Source: Dimorphilus gyrociliatus (taxonomy: Eukaryota; Animalia; Annelida). Taken from it: 64,000 bases of DNA. The notes beneath the pieces are model-generated. The model had not been told where the DNA came from. It was given only the letters and a program-made list of their open reading frames with translations, and did no database searches. The DNA is taken from assembly GCA_904063045.1 (NCBI GenBank), contig CAJFCJ010000026.1, positions 660,964 through 724,963 of the forward strand. The letters run 5' to 3'. The translations under genes and the position numbers were made by a program. This document shows, piece after piece, positions 9,983-22,000 of this stretch; position 1 is the stretch's first letter; the number at the start of each line of letters is the position of its first letter.

Positions 9983-12900
9983 TCATTTGGTACTCGGCTT
10001 TATATTTTGTCTTATACGAGAAGTAATTAAACTCTCTAGAATATCGCATTTTTCGATAAAAGTTCGCAATTTTTTCGACTTTTTCCCATCCAATTCGAAT
10101 CCCAATATTTCTATAACTTTTATACTACGACAGCAAAATTCCAGTGTTTCGATCAATAAATCAAATATATTATCATCTTTAAGGGAATAATTGTAGGAAA
10201 TGTAGAGTGTTTGCAAATTATTACAATTTCTTATTAGGTCAAAAAGGGATATTAATTGTTTTTCAGTTAATTTACATGAATTAAAATTTAGAGTTTTTAT
10301 AGTTGTTGATGAAGATTTTAATCCATTGCATATATCTTCAAATGCTCTTCCTGTAGTAAAGTTTCCAGACATATCAAATAATTCGAGTGTTTTACAAATA
10401 CGAAGATATTTTCCAAAATGAATTGCCTCATTTTCGTATAAATTTAAATGATTAAATTGAAATATCTTTAATCTATTCGAATATGTAATCCCATTAAAGA
10501 TACTTTTAAAACAAGTTTCCATATTTGTTTTACTTGTTATATTTAAATATTCTAAATTTGTAAAAAATTGTAAATATTCTCCTAAAAGTCTCATATTCTC
10601 TTTATTGAAATTGTTCTCTTGAAGATTTAACGTTTTTAAACAGTTGGAACAGGATTTTAATCCTTGGAAGATAGCCGTAAAGTCATTTTTTAATAGTATC
10701 TGATTTAAAAGTATATGAACATTTTCTAAATTTCTACACCATTCCAAAAGATTACCCAATGATCTAGATTGTTCGGAGATGATTGGAAACTGTAGAGAAA
10801 TATCTCTAAGAGAAAAACTGCATGATTTAAGAGTATGGAACATATCTTCCATTTCATTAGTAGGAGTAGGAATATCGATTTGTAGATGGAATATTTGTAG
10901 ATTAATTGAGTATTTTAAGAGATTCGTTAAATATTTTACGTGTTTCGGAGAGATATCCTTTAAAATTAATTGTTTAAGTTGATGAGCTGAAGATTGAAGT
11001 CCTTGAAAAACAGAGTGGAATCCTTCTCCAAGAGTATCTTCTTCGAATTTTATTTCTAAACTTTGTATATCTTTACAAGATTTGAGGAAATCTCCGAGAT
11101 ATTGCGCCTGATTTTCGTCCAATCCACCGGCGTTTATCACTCGAAAACTGTAGCAGGATGATGTAAAGCCTACAAAGATATATTCCCATAAATCTCCTCC
11201 TCCTCCTCCTCTTCCGTTATTATTAAAAATATCCAAACTTGCAAGATTAGTACAGGATTGGGTAAATTCTCCTAAACACCTTATTCCATCCTCATCCAAT
11301 TCACAATCGTTAAAGGAAAGATAGAGTAAAGTTTGACAAGAAGTTTGTAATCCATGACAAATTGCCGATATACTCTCCTTAATCCCACAATTACCCGATA
11401 GATTAATAGTTAGAAGATTTGAACAGTTTATTAAAACGTCTACTAAATACTCCAATTGATATCTCTTTAGGCAACAATATTCAAAATCTATGCTTTTCAG
11501 TTGGTTAGAACAAGAATTTAATCCTTCGCAAACGTCAACAAAACCATATCCCATCTTAACATTCCCTCCAATATATAAAGATTCAAAAGAAGTGCATATT
11601 TGCAGAAAATCACCTAAATATTCCAGCTGATCTTCAATGATATCTATATTCCTAATATCTAAATATTTTAGACTTTTTGAAGAAGATTTCAAAGAATTTG
11701 ATATTCTTTTCATATTTTTCCCTATTTCTTTATTGAATGCTAAAGATAACTTTTCAAGAATGTTACACTTTTCCAATAGATAACATATTGTTCTTATATG
11801 ATTCTCTTTTAGGCAACAATCGATAAAATCTATTTGTTTAAGGTTATTCGAAGATGGTATTAGGCCTATACAAATGCTATTAAGACTATTACCCAAGAAT
11901 CTATTGAATGATACATTAAACAATTCAATCTCTGAACAGTATTGGAAACGTTTTGATAGAATTTCACAATTTTCACTATTAATACCGCAATTTTGTAGAA
12001 AAAGCCTTTTTAAACATTTAGACGATGAGGTAATTGCATCTGCAAATAGTATAAAATATTCATGAATATTTACATTAGCTATATTTATTTCTTCTATTTT
12101 TAGACATTTCCTTAAAATTCTCCAAATAATTTCATCATTTTTTACTAATGAATGATAATTTTCTAGATCAAATTTATGAATGATTTCCAATGATACGAGT
12201 ATTAATTCCAATACGATTGATTTAAACCTATTATCGACCATTCTATATAGATGGATTGGTATATTTATAAGTCTTACCAGTTTCTTTTCAATTGCTAATG
12301 TTGTACTTTTAATAGAATTCCATTCAGTTAAACTTAATTGTAATTGTTCCCCTTGGAAAAAATTTCTTTTAAATAAACCACTATATGGATTAAGAACGAA
12401 TGATAATCTTCCATTTTCCTTTAATACTATATCGAAAGAGTTTTTTTCATTCTCGTTACCAATTCTTTTCCTTCCATCAAATTTTGGTGATGTATAGGCG
12501 AAACAGTACCAAAAACAATTTTCATCAGGTTCCTGTATTTCGCAATTATTTAAATAAACATTCTTTAATTGTTCTTTCTCAATTTTCTTCTTAACGATAT
12601 TAAAGAAATATTGTTGAATATTTCTCTCTAAGATCATATTCTTAATGATTATTGTCTCAAGTAGAGGAGACTCGTTAAAAAAGTCTATAAAATGTTTAGT
12701 AAGGCAGTTGTAGTGCGATAGAATCTTTGATTCTAATTTAATATTTCTAAATGGATTTAATCCGAAATTTACATTAAAATTAATATCATTTTCAGATGTG
12801 AAAACTATAGATAAACTTTCTATACCAGTTTCTTTGATTTCCTTTGGAAAATTATTATTTCTGGTCAAATGGAAGTTTATATTACCAAATGAAAATAGTT

Positions 12901-13207
12901 GGAGAGTTGTTGACGTAATCAATTGGAATATTATTTGTAGAACATTCCAATCGAACGGATTTAAAAGATTAATTGAATTAACTATTTTTAATTCTTCAAT
13001 AATCGAACATTTCTGCGAAATTAATCCAAGAAGAAGTTGTCTATTTATCCGACAATTTTCAAAAGTTAATCTTTTGAGATAATCTCCAATATTTTCAATT
13101 ATTATATTTAAATCTTTATCATTTATATCTTCGTTAATTAGATTTAAAACTTCTTCGGCAATTCCTTTCCTTATAAATCCTTTTATCCTTTCGCTAATCT
13201 CATTCAT
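9983..13207 (-). CDS. Intronless LRR-only protein (1074 aa), paralogous to the post-NACHT part of the neighbouring NLRs
   Basis: Uninterrupted ORF of ~56-aa ribonuclease-inhibitor-like repeats (ICxGLxxSSxxLxxLxFxxCxLxExxxxxLxxLLxxC). No P-loop. In-frame TAG shortly upstream of the ATG. Confidence 0.88.
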   Translation of the reverse strand: MNEISERIKGFIRKGIAEEVLNLINEDINDKDLNIIIENIGDYLKRLTFENCRINRQLLLGLISQKCSIIEELKIVNSINLLNPFDWNVLQIIFQLITSTTLQLFSFGNINFHLTRNNNFPKEIKETGIESLSIVFTSENDINFNVNFGLNPFRNIKLESKILSHYNCLTKHFIDFFNESPLLETIIIKNMILERNIQQYFFNIVKKKIEKEQLKNVYLNNCEIQEPDENCFWYCFAYTSPKFDGRKRIGNENEKNSFDIVLKENGRLSFVLNPYSGLFKRNFFQGEQLQLSLTEWNSIKSTTLAIEKKLVRLINIPIHLYRMVDNRFKSIVLELILVSLEIIHKFDLENYHSLVKNDEIIWRILRKCLKIEEINIANVNIHEYFILFADAITSSSKCLKRLFLQNCGINSENCEILSKRFQYCSEIELFNVSFNRFLGNSLNSICIGLIPSSNNLKQIDFIDCCLKENHIRTICYLLEKCNILEKLSLAFNKEIGKNMKRISNSLKSSSKSLKYLDIRNIDIIEDQLEYLGDFLQICTSFESLYIGGNVKMGYGFVDVCEGLNSCSNQLKSIDFEYCCLKRYQLEYLVDVLINCSNLLTINLSGNCGIKESISAICHGLQTSCQTLLYLSFNDCELDEDGIRCLGEFTQSCTNLASLDIFNNNGRGGGGGDLWEYIFVGFTSSCYSFRVINAGGLDENQAQYLGDFLKSCKDIQSLEIKFEEDTLGEGFHSVFQGLQSSAHQLKQLILKDISPKHVKYLTNLLKYSINLQIFHLQIDIPTPTNEMEDMFHTLKSCSFSLRDISLQFPIISEQSRSLGNLLEWCRNLENVHILLNQILLKNDFTAIFQGLKSCSNCLKTLNLQENNFNKENMRLLGEYLQFFTNLEYLNITSKTNMETCFKSIFNGITYSNRLKIFQFNHLNLYENEAIHFGKYLRICKTLELFDMSGNFTTGRAFEDICNGLKSSSTTIKTLNFNSCKLTEKQLISLFDLIRNCNNLQTLYISYNYSLKDDNIFDLLIETLEFCCRSIKVIEILGFELDGKKSKKLRTFIEKCDILESLITSRIRQNIKPSTK

Positions 13208-14079
13208 GATACAATGATAATTTCCCTCTCTTCTAGAAGACTATTCCATTGACTCGTCCTTTATTAAGTTTTATTCAATAAACGTACAGTATATATATAC
13301 ATAGATACTGGGCGCTAGATCAACAATGGTAGTCAAAACTTGAATATAGCTCAACTTGTATTGGCCATACTCTTTAATATTTACTCCAACTGCAAAATTT
13401 TTCACTTATTCATATTGATTTTTTTAGATTAGTATAAGAGAAAATAAAAAACAAATATAGTCAGTTTTTTTTCTGTATAATACTACACAAGAATACACTT
13501 TAATTCATCAAAAATTTCAATCATGTTTAATTCAATCAGCGTCAGCTTAATGAAAATTTTCAATAAGTTTAGATGATAAAGTTAATATTTTATAGTAATT
13601 TCTTACTACTTACTTTCAATGAATGAATGAAAAAATCCTTTTACGAGAAAGTTGTTAAAGGGACTTGTAAATATAATAGCTTTTACTTGAAAGGAGAGAA
13701 TTACCTTTCTAATGGCGAACCATTAGTCTTTTATTTACCTTGTAATAATAATAATAATAATAATAATGCTAGGCTTACATTATACAGTAATTTATTGCTT
13801 TGGATTTCTCTCTTTAATCTTTCGTTCTGAAAATATTGAATAAGAAGAGAGAGAGAGAGAGAGCTAGAGTTATGTTCCCTAATTTACTGCTTGGTTGTTG
13901 TTTACTATTCGGGCCAAATAACTAAAGGGTCTTATTCTTAATCTCGTTATCTACTTAACATATTTATAGACGAGTTCATTGACATTATTGTCAATTCATA
14001 TTCAAACAATCAGGTAATTGGAATATTTTATGCAAATTGACCAATTTATAAAGTTGGGGATATTATTAAAAATATAAAC

Positions 14080-14600
14080 AGAGTTGACCTTCATTCCTTG
14101 ACGGTTATTTAAATTTCGTCACCTTCGTAAGTTTCCAAGAGTGTATTCCCAAAAATGATAATTAATGGTCGAGTATCCTTTCTCTATTCCACGGTATTGT
14201 GAATCTCTGAAAAAAGGTTAAGTCTGTCTCCGTTCCAAGAGAGTAACCTTCTCTTCAACTTTAAGCCAATAGAATTTTAATGGTTGACTTCACTAGTTCA
14301 AAGTGATTAATCTCTATCTTTCTCAAAAAAATCTCATCTCTTCCACCAAATAAGAATGAATCGGTTTCATAATGAAATTCCCTATCCTTTCCTGGCATAT
14401 CTCAAAATAAATTTGCGTCATTAAAATTCCGTTGAAAAGTCTAAACCATCATTCGGTGGAGGAGAATTCTTCTTACATTATCTCTTTCTGATCGTATATC
14501 CTCCATCCGGACAAGGATTTTCACAGTAGGACCAATATGATCATACCAACCAACTTCCGGCTATGGAGCATCTAGCATTTTCAACTGATTCGCACATTTT
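14080..14600 (-). pseudogene. Decayed thrombospondin type-1 (TSP1) repeat-containing gene
   Basis: CSIAGSWLV*SYWSYCENPCPDGGYTIRKR*CKKNSPPPNDGLDF matches the TSP1 pattern WxxWxxC..C..G...RxRxC..P.P. In-frame stops at 14541-14543 (Trp site) and 14478-14480. Confidence 0.65.
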
Positions 14601-16610
14601 AGCGTTCTATTAGTCAGAATCACCAATTCATAACAAAATTCGTTCAATGAAACGGATAATGGTGTTGCTCTAATTCTCCAAGCTATTATGATGAATATAC
14701 AAAATTCCAACTTTTTGACAAACTTTTTAGGCCTAGTTTACGATAAATGTAATAAAATGATGGACATTTTTCTACTACTTGAATAATTTCTTAAGCTATA
14801 AGCGTTTTGTCTCAAAAATAAACTGGAATATATTTGCAGTAAGTAATTTTGGATTTTATTTATACTCTAACTGAATAGAAAGTGGAAAATTTTTGTTTTT
14901 CATTTTCTTATATCCTAATCATTAAAGATTAAGCCTTTAAAGGATGATAAGCTGTAACATTATTGCCTAGATTTGGGTGTTTAGAGTTTTGTTAATCGTC
15001 TTCCCTAAGAATTCCTTATCTATAGAATCTTTTATTATTTAATTATTAGCCAATAGATAGTGTTTATTATGAGGATTTTTATCTTTAATCCTTCACGAAT
15101 AAACCAATTTAATAGGCTTTATTAGCTGATAATCTGTTTATTGATTAACACTCTTTTTTTCCCCACAAGTAAACAAAGGAAATGTATCAATCAATGAAAT
15201 ATTAGTCCTATTAGGTTTCATTCATTATTATCATTAATGCTATTAATAGCTTTTTTTCTCATAGTATACTACTATACTGTATATTGGATATTGATATTAC
15301 CATATCGGAATAATAATGAATGATAACGTCGTATATTGCTAATCTTCAACTTAACAAATTCATTATGTTTGCACTAAGTCACTACAACGAATCCAATGAA
15401 ATATGTACAATCCATTGGAACTCTTTGTATAGATTCTTTGTTCTCTTCTTTTGCTTCCGTTAATAGAGAATAGGTCTTTGTTGATAAAATCTAAATCTAA
15501 AACTAGCCAAATAGGTTTGTAAATTATCAGCCGAATAGGATTCTTCTATAAGTTCGAATATCTTATCAGCAGATAGGAGAAAATTGACTTACTTCTGAAA
15601 AGAACGAATATGTTCTTTATCATTTTTCCCGCTCTTTTTAAAGAATTAAAGAAATTTTAAGCTTAGTTAATAATATTTTCTCTTGTTATTTTCTTTATTA
15701 TTTCTAATGAATTTGTATATTAAATTATAATTGTCTAATAATTCAAAGAGTCCTGCGATTGATTGAATGATTAACAAATGATCCTTACAGATTGATTTGT
15801 TTAGGTAAAGAATAACAATAAAATGAAGAACAAAAATATTTTTTTGTATCTCAACAATCCATTAATAGAATATGAAAAAGAAAATTGACTTTATTTGTAG
15901 ATATGATTTCGTACGAAATTTATTCGTTCTGTTTACTTCCGCTTTCCATTTTTCAAAATATTTCCATCTTTTATTAACTGTTAATAATAGATCACTTTGC
16001 AATTCTATTTTTCAAAAGTATATATATATATATATATATATAGAAAACAAAGCAAAGATAATGTACAATAGCATTAAATCATCAAAATAACATTACATTA
16101 CATCAGTACTTTGCCGAAACCACACTAAATACAATGGATAGGGAATAATATCCAGATCATAGAAGGCGTTATTCGTAACATTTGAAATGGGCTAAAGGTA
16201 ACAATTAAACTTTTTTTATTAATATTTAATAGTAATAGTAGTATTTAAATGTTACATTCTATAAGTAAAGAAGTTTAACGTTATATATACTCCTTTTATA
16301 CTTTAATGACTATGTAGATAGTATCAATTGGCTAAACACAAAGTAAAAAAAGTGACCTTGACCTTAGTTATATTTACAAATTTTATTTTCAGTAAACTTT
16401 GATATTATCAATGAAAGAAAACAATACCGACGATTATGGGAATTCTACTTTCCTCGGTCGTTTCTTTACGACTGGTTTAGGTTTTTACCTACTGAAATTA
16501 CTGAATGCATTGCTGTTGAACATATTACTACCGCAAAGACAATCAGTAGTTTGAAAATTACTTAATTAATCTATCAAATATTCCTAACAATTAAATTTTC
16601 CGCCTTTCAG

Positions 16611-17000
16611 ACGATTGAAGAGGAGAAGCAGTATTCTGAGGAAGAAGATGACGAGCAGCCATTTGATGAATATTATAATATGGAGGAGAGTTCGGATGAA
16701 GAATTCATAGACGTGGAAACCGTTGAAAATTGCTTAAAAGGAGTCACCGATTGCGATATACTAAAATGTCGACGTAGAAAAAGACCCTGGGAACCGGGTT
16801 TGAGACATAGACTGGTCCTGTATGAATGTAATATCTGTTATAATAATTTCAAGACCTTTGATGACGTGCTAATCCATATTCAGGTAAGACATTTGTCTAT
16901 AAAGTATCGTTGTGAACTATGCCCAAGATTGTTTCCGAATGAAGACAAGAGATATGAACATTATGTTTGTCATTTGCTTAGTATGAAATCGAAGTCGTAA
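16611..17000 (+). CDS. Terminal exon of an acidic two-finger C2H2 zinc-finger protein; 5' exons unresolved
   Basis: Acceptor tttcag|16611. YECNICYNNFKTFDDVLIHIQVRH and YRCELCPRLFPNEDKRYEHYVCH. Candidate upstream exons at 16134-16197 and 16393-~16545. Confidence 0.7.
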   Translation, partial: TIEEEKQYSEEEDDEQPFDEYYNMEESSDEEFIDVETVENCLKGVTDCDILKCRRRKRPWEPGLRHRLVLYECNICYNNFKTFDDVLIHIQVRHLSIKYRCELCPRLFPNEDKRYEHYVCHLLSMKSKS

Positions 17001-17231
17001 AAGTTTGTAGTAATATAGTGTTTATATAGTCTAGACAGATTTATACAGATAGACAGCCGTAACTGAAAACATTGAATACATTACAATCACCTATTATGGT
17101 TTGATAAGAGATAAGCTATTCTATCCCTCAGACTTGAGAATGTTGGTTGGGTTTGAATCATCATCATTAGGTTTTTGTTTACGTTTTCCTATCAATGAAA
17201 TCTCTCTTGTTCTAATAATCAATAGTATTTA

Positions 17232-17268
<37 letters not shown>

Positions 17269-17477
17269 GAAGATGTAATCTTTACCCAACATTAATTTAA
17301 AATAAAGGATCTACACTCGCTATATAGTTATTATTACAACAGTTTCGTTAGTATTACGTACATATAACACTATTAATATACTTTATTGAATGTCGAGGTC
17401 GAATTTCTGGGAAATCCAATGATTCATTACCTTCTGACGAGTATATTGCTGTGTTGCTTAATCTTATTCTAGTAGAT

Positions 17478-18302
17478 ATGACTGAGGAAGAGCTAAGCAG
17501 ACCAAATACCAATTGTGGTAGATTTTTTCAATTTCAGATTGTATTATTAGGAGAATCGGCAGTTGGAAAGTCGAGTTTACTATTAAGACTCGTAAATAAT
17601 GAATTTAACGAATATCAAGAAAGTACTATAGGAGGTAATATTTCATATAATATAAAATATTGCGAAATATAGAGACTAAACAGAATTTTATTTAGCCGCC
17701 TTCCTTACACAAACTCTCGAAGATGCAACGGTAAAATTGGAGATATGGGACACAGCCGGTCAAGAAAGATATCACAGTCTAGCTCCAATGTATTATCGTC
17801 GAGCAAGAGCTGCCGTTGTTGTTTACGATATCACGAGTCAAGATTCATTTCATAGGGCTAAACAATGGGTTGAAGAATTACAATTGAAAGCCAGCTCTAA
17901 TATTGTTATTGCCCTTGCCGGTAATAAATCTGATTTGAGCAAGCATCGTGCAGTAGAAATTGAAGTAAGGATGAACGGATAAGAGAAATTCTTCTTCTTT
18001 TCATCATTTACAATTTTAATTATCCTTATTTATAGGAAGGAAAAGTATACGCCGAAGAAAATGGGTTGCTATTTATGGAAACTTCTGCAAAATCTTCACA
18101 AAATGTACAGGAATTCTTTACGAGATTAGGTTAATTGACCTAGTTAATTAATTATATTAAATAATATATTTTCAATTATTACTTTTTACCGTTTCTAGCC
18201 AGGAAAATACCTAAAGGTGATAATAATTCGAATGAGAAGATAACAAGAGGTGTAGCTCTACAAGAGAATAGAAAATACTATCGGGTATTTTGTTGCTTTT
18301 AA
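17478..18302 (+). CDS. rab5: Rab5-family small GTPase, 4 exons: 17478-17634, 17696-17964, 18036-18129, 18199-18302
   Basis: [52 protein letters not shown]-terminal CCF prenylation signal. All three introns are GT-AG and frame-consistent. Confidence 0.93.
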
Positions 18303-19003
18303 ATGATATATGATTATCGTTTTTCGAATATTTTACTCGACCTTGACCTTTATCATCAATTGTAATGGAAATGCGATAGAGAATATTCAAGAGTCATTCT
18401 GGCTGGTTTTACACTAACCCAGTTGTAATCCTTAACTAAGCCTATTTAAATAAAAAAATCAACAGTGCTCTCTCTCATTTTTTTTAAAAAACCAATTTTG
18501 ATCCAATACTTTTTCAATATCGACTTTTTGTTCTCGAACGTTTTGATACTGCTCTAGTAATTCGAATAATTAATTACATAATTAAATTTTCGGTACAACT
18601 AGACGCTTACAAAGTATTATTTAACTGCATTTTTTCTTCTAAGTGTGTAAAAACACCATTTTCCAATAATTGATTGATTGATTAATTTAAGGATCATTTA
18701 TTGTTTTTTTTTTATTTATTGTAATAATTAACTATAACCTTTAACCTCATTGTTAGAAAATTGCGTTTATATATAGAGGTTATATTGATTAAATAAGCTT
18801 ATTTAAATAAATATAACCTAAATAAGATCTTTATCAAATATTAAGATTTTTGTTTCTCCATAGCTACTGCGCAAACTCTAGTAGCTGAATTCTATATTCT
18901 AATACTTTACATTTACGTGTAAGTTATCTTATCTTTTTTACTATTTTCTATTCATTCATAAGTATCATTTGTTTTTTTAAAAAAAAAATAAACAATAATA
19001 GAG

Positions 19004-22000
19004 ATGCGTAAAATCGAAGACAGTTTTAAAAGTAGAATGAACGCCGTTGAGAGTTTATGCTTTAAATTCTATTCGGATCATTTGAGAAGTCTTCTTCAAA
19101 TAGAGTACAACTTTGAAGAAGTATGTAGGAGATTAGGGAAGAAGAGAAAGATAAATAGTAAAGAGGAAGAGAATCTATTGAATCTATATAAAAAACTCAA
19201 TAAAGATATGGCTATTGAAGAATTGATAATGATTCTGAAGAAGGAAACTTTTAACCTTATCATTTGTATATTAGATAGTTTTGATAAGAAAGATATCTCT
19301 CATCTGGCTAATAATCTTCGAAATAAAGATACAATATGGAAAATACTTATCGATCGGACAAAGATAGAGAGGAGAAGAGATTCAAGACAGGTTGCTCTCT
19401 TTCCCTTTGAAAAGACAAATTCTATTAGTCTATTAAATGTAGAAGGATCGATAAGAGTATCTCATATCAATAAGATAGACATTTCTGATAGGACTCTATT
19501 ACAATCGGAATTAACTTTTGAAGATTTTCCGAATATTCTTGATAAGAATTTCAATAAGATTTCAATTAAAGGAGAATCGGGAATTGGAAAAACTATTCAT
19601 ATGAGATATCTCGTCTACACTTGGGCAAAAGATCTATGGAGGATAGATAAAAAAGATAGACTGCTTATAGTACTCAATTTAAGCAACTTTGAACCGGATA
19701 ACGATATCTATGATGAGATTATTAAACAAAATTTTACAAATGTTCCTTTCGTATCTAAACAGATTATACAATGTTTGTTTAAGGAGAAGTGTCAAGATAT
19801 CTTACTACTCATCGATTCAGCGGACGAATATGATTTTGCTGATCGTTCCATATATAATATCGTCCATCGGCAGGAAATTGACGTTCCAACAATCGTTTGG
19901 AGTAGAAATTGGAAGGCTGATGAAATTTATAGAACCTGTAATATTACCTTTGAACTTGTAGGCTTAAATATAGAACAATTGCAATCGTTACTAAAGAAAT
20001 GTTTGGGAGATGATAGAGAGAAGAGAGTATTCCTCGATAACGTACTAATAAATAATCAAGGAATAAGGAATCTTTGTAGAGTACCACTTCTAGGTTTAAT
20101 ACTTTATCAAGTTTGGAAAGAGACTGGTAACATATTCGATATTAATCAATATCAAATTTACGATGATATTGTAAATCTTGTTCAAGAGAGGAATAGAATC
20201 TTTAGGAGTAAAGATAATCAGTATAACATGACCCATTTCTATGGATTATGCTTTATAAATCTTATTGAGAAGAAGACAAAGTTCATTTTGAAGATTGAAG
20301 ATGCTCTAATAGTTGAGAAATATTTTAAAGGTATTCTCCAAATTATACCAGAACAATCAATTCATTCAAATGAAACGGAAGTACAATTTTATCATTCATC
20401 CTTTCAAGAATATTTCGCTTCGCAATATCTTATAAGAGAATTCGAAAAGACAAGCAAAAACTGGTATGGAAATTATCAACAAGCTATTTCCGATAGGAAG
20501 ATGATTATTAAATTTTTAACGAAAGGAAAATGGATAGAGATTTATCATATTTTGAATTTTATTAAAGAATATTCGCAGATAATCTACGAAAAATTAATAG
20601 AATATTCGAAAAAACTGTCGGAAATGTTCGAAAATGTTCAAACTCTATTGAAATGCTTAAAAGATGATGGTACAATAGTTACTATTAATAATGAGATAAT
20701 CCCAGATTATATATTAACAATATTTTTGGAGATGAAAGGCGAAAATATCGAGACGATAACGCTTATCGATTCGGATATAAATGAAGAGTTATTATTTCAA
20801 CTTCTTTCAAAATATTGCCCAAATTTGAAATATATTTTTATTGAATCGAATAAAAATCAGATTGATGATTACGATATTATCTATTTAGGTAATATTTTAG
20901 AATTAATAACTGGTACGGAGATAAGAAACTTCTATTACGGAGAAAAGAAATTCTATATATTTCGGGAAAATGAATATGAGAAAACTGGTAGAAATCGTTT
21001 TATAGAAATATTAACAATTTCAAACAAACATAATAATAATGAAATTATGTTAAAAGTAACATTTGGACCTTGTTTTATAAGGCATTTAAAGGACGAAAGC
21101 CAAATATCATTGCAGTATCTTCCATTAAGTTTCTTAATCTTTGTCAATGAACTTTTCTCCCTTCAAACGTTAACGATTAAGAATAAAATATTAGATACAG
21201 ATTTCATTAGTTTTATCTTTATGATCATCAAAACAAAAATGGAAAATCAAAATCTAAAAGCAATTTATTTGGAGAATTGCGAAATTGAAGAACCTAATGA
21301 AAATTTTTTAGAGAATTGTTTCCTGTACATCTCTTCTTCCTCTGATAATAATGATGGAGTTGATAAGAAGAAAAAACAAAGGAATTTAAATACTATAAAG
21401 ATAGAAACGAATTTAAATGATCCACTCAAATTTATTATTAATCCTGAAAATAGAGAACAAAAGAGAACGTTAATTTTCCATACAAAGACTCCTAATTCAA
21501 AGGAAATGCAATATATTCATTGTTTAAAGAAGGCTATTCAAAGGGATATTATTCGAATATCTCCCTTTCCTATTGATTTATATAATTGTATTGGAGAAGA
21601 TTTCCAATCAGAGATTCTGGAACTTTTAAAGATATGTAGTAAAACTTTAAACGTCCTTGACCTTTCATCATATCACGAAAGGGAAAAGAATCCTCAACTT
21701 CTCTCAGAAATCTTTGAAAACTGCTCAGAATTGGAAAGAGTCTCTTTTAAAGATTTTAATCTAATACATACTTTTGAACAATTAAAAATAGGATTACTTT
21801 ATTCTTCGAAAACTTTAAAAATGGTTGAATTCGAAAATTGTATAGCCAATGAGGAGATAGCATTAGGATTTGGAGAATGTTTTGTAGTTTTTCCAAATAT
21901 GGAAACATTAAAATTACAAGAGGTAAAAAATATTGAAAAAGGATTTGAGATTATCTGCAATGGATTAAAATTTTCTAGTCATAATCTGACTAATTTAAAT

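Noticed and set aside
13627-13830. 67-aa ORF ending in a GPI-signal-like hydrophobic tail
   Set aside because: It includes an (AAT)n microsatellite, and no convincing upstream exon or signal peptide was found.
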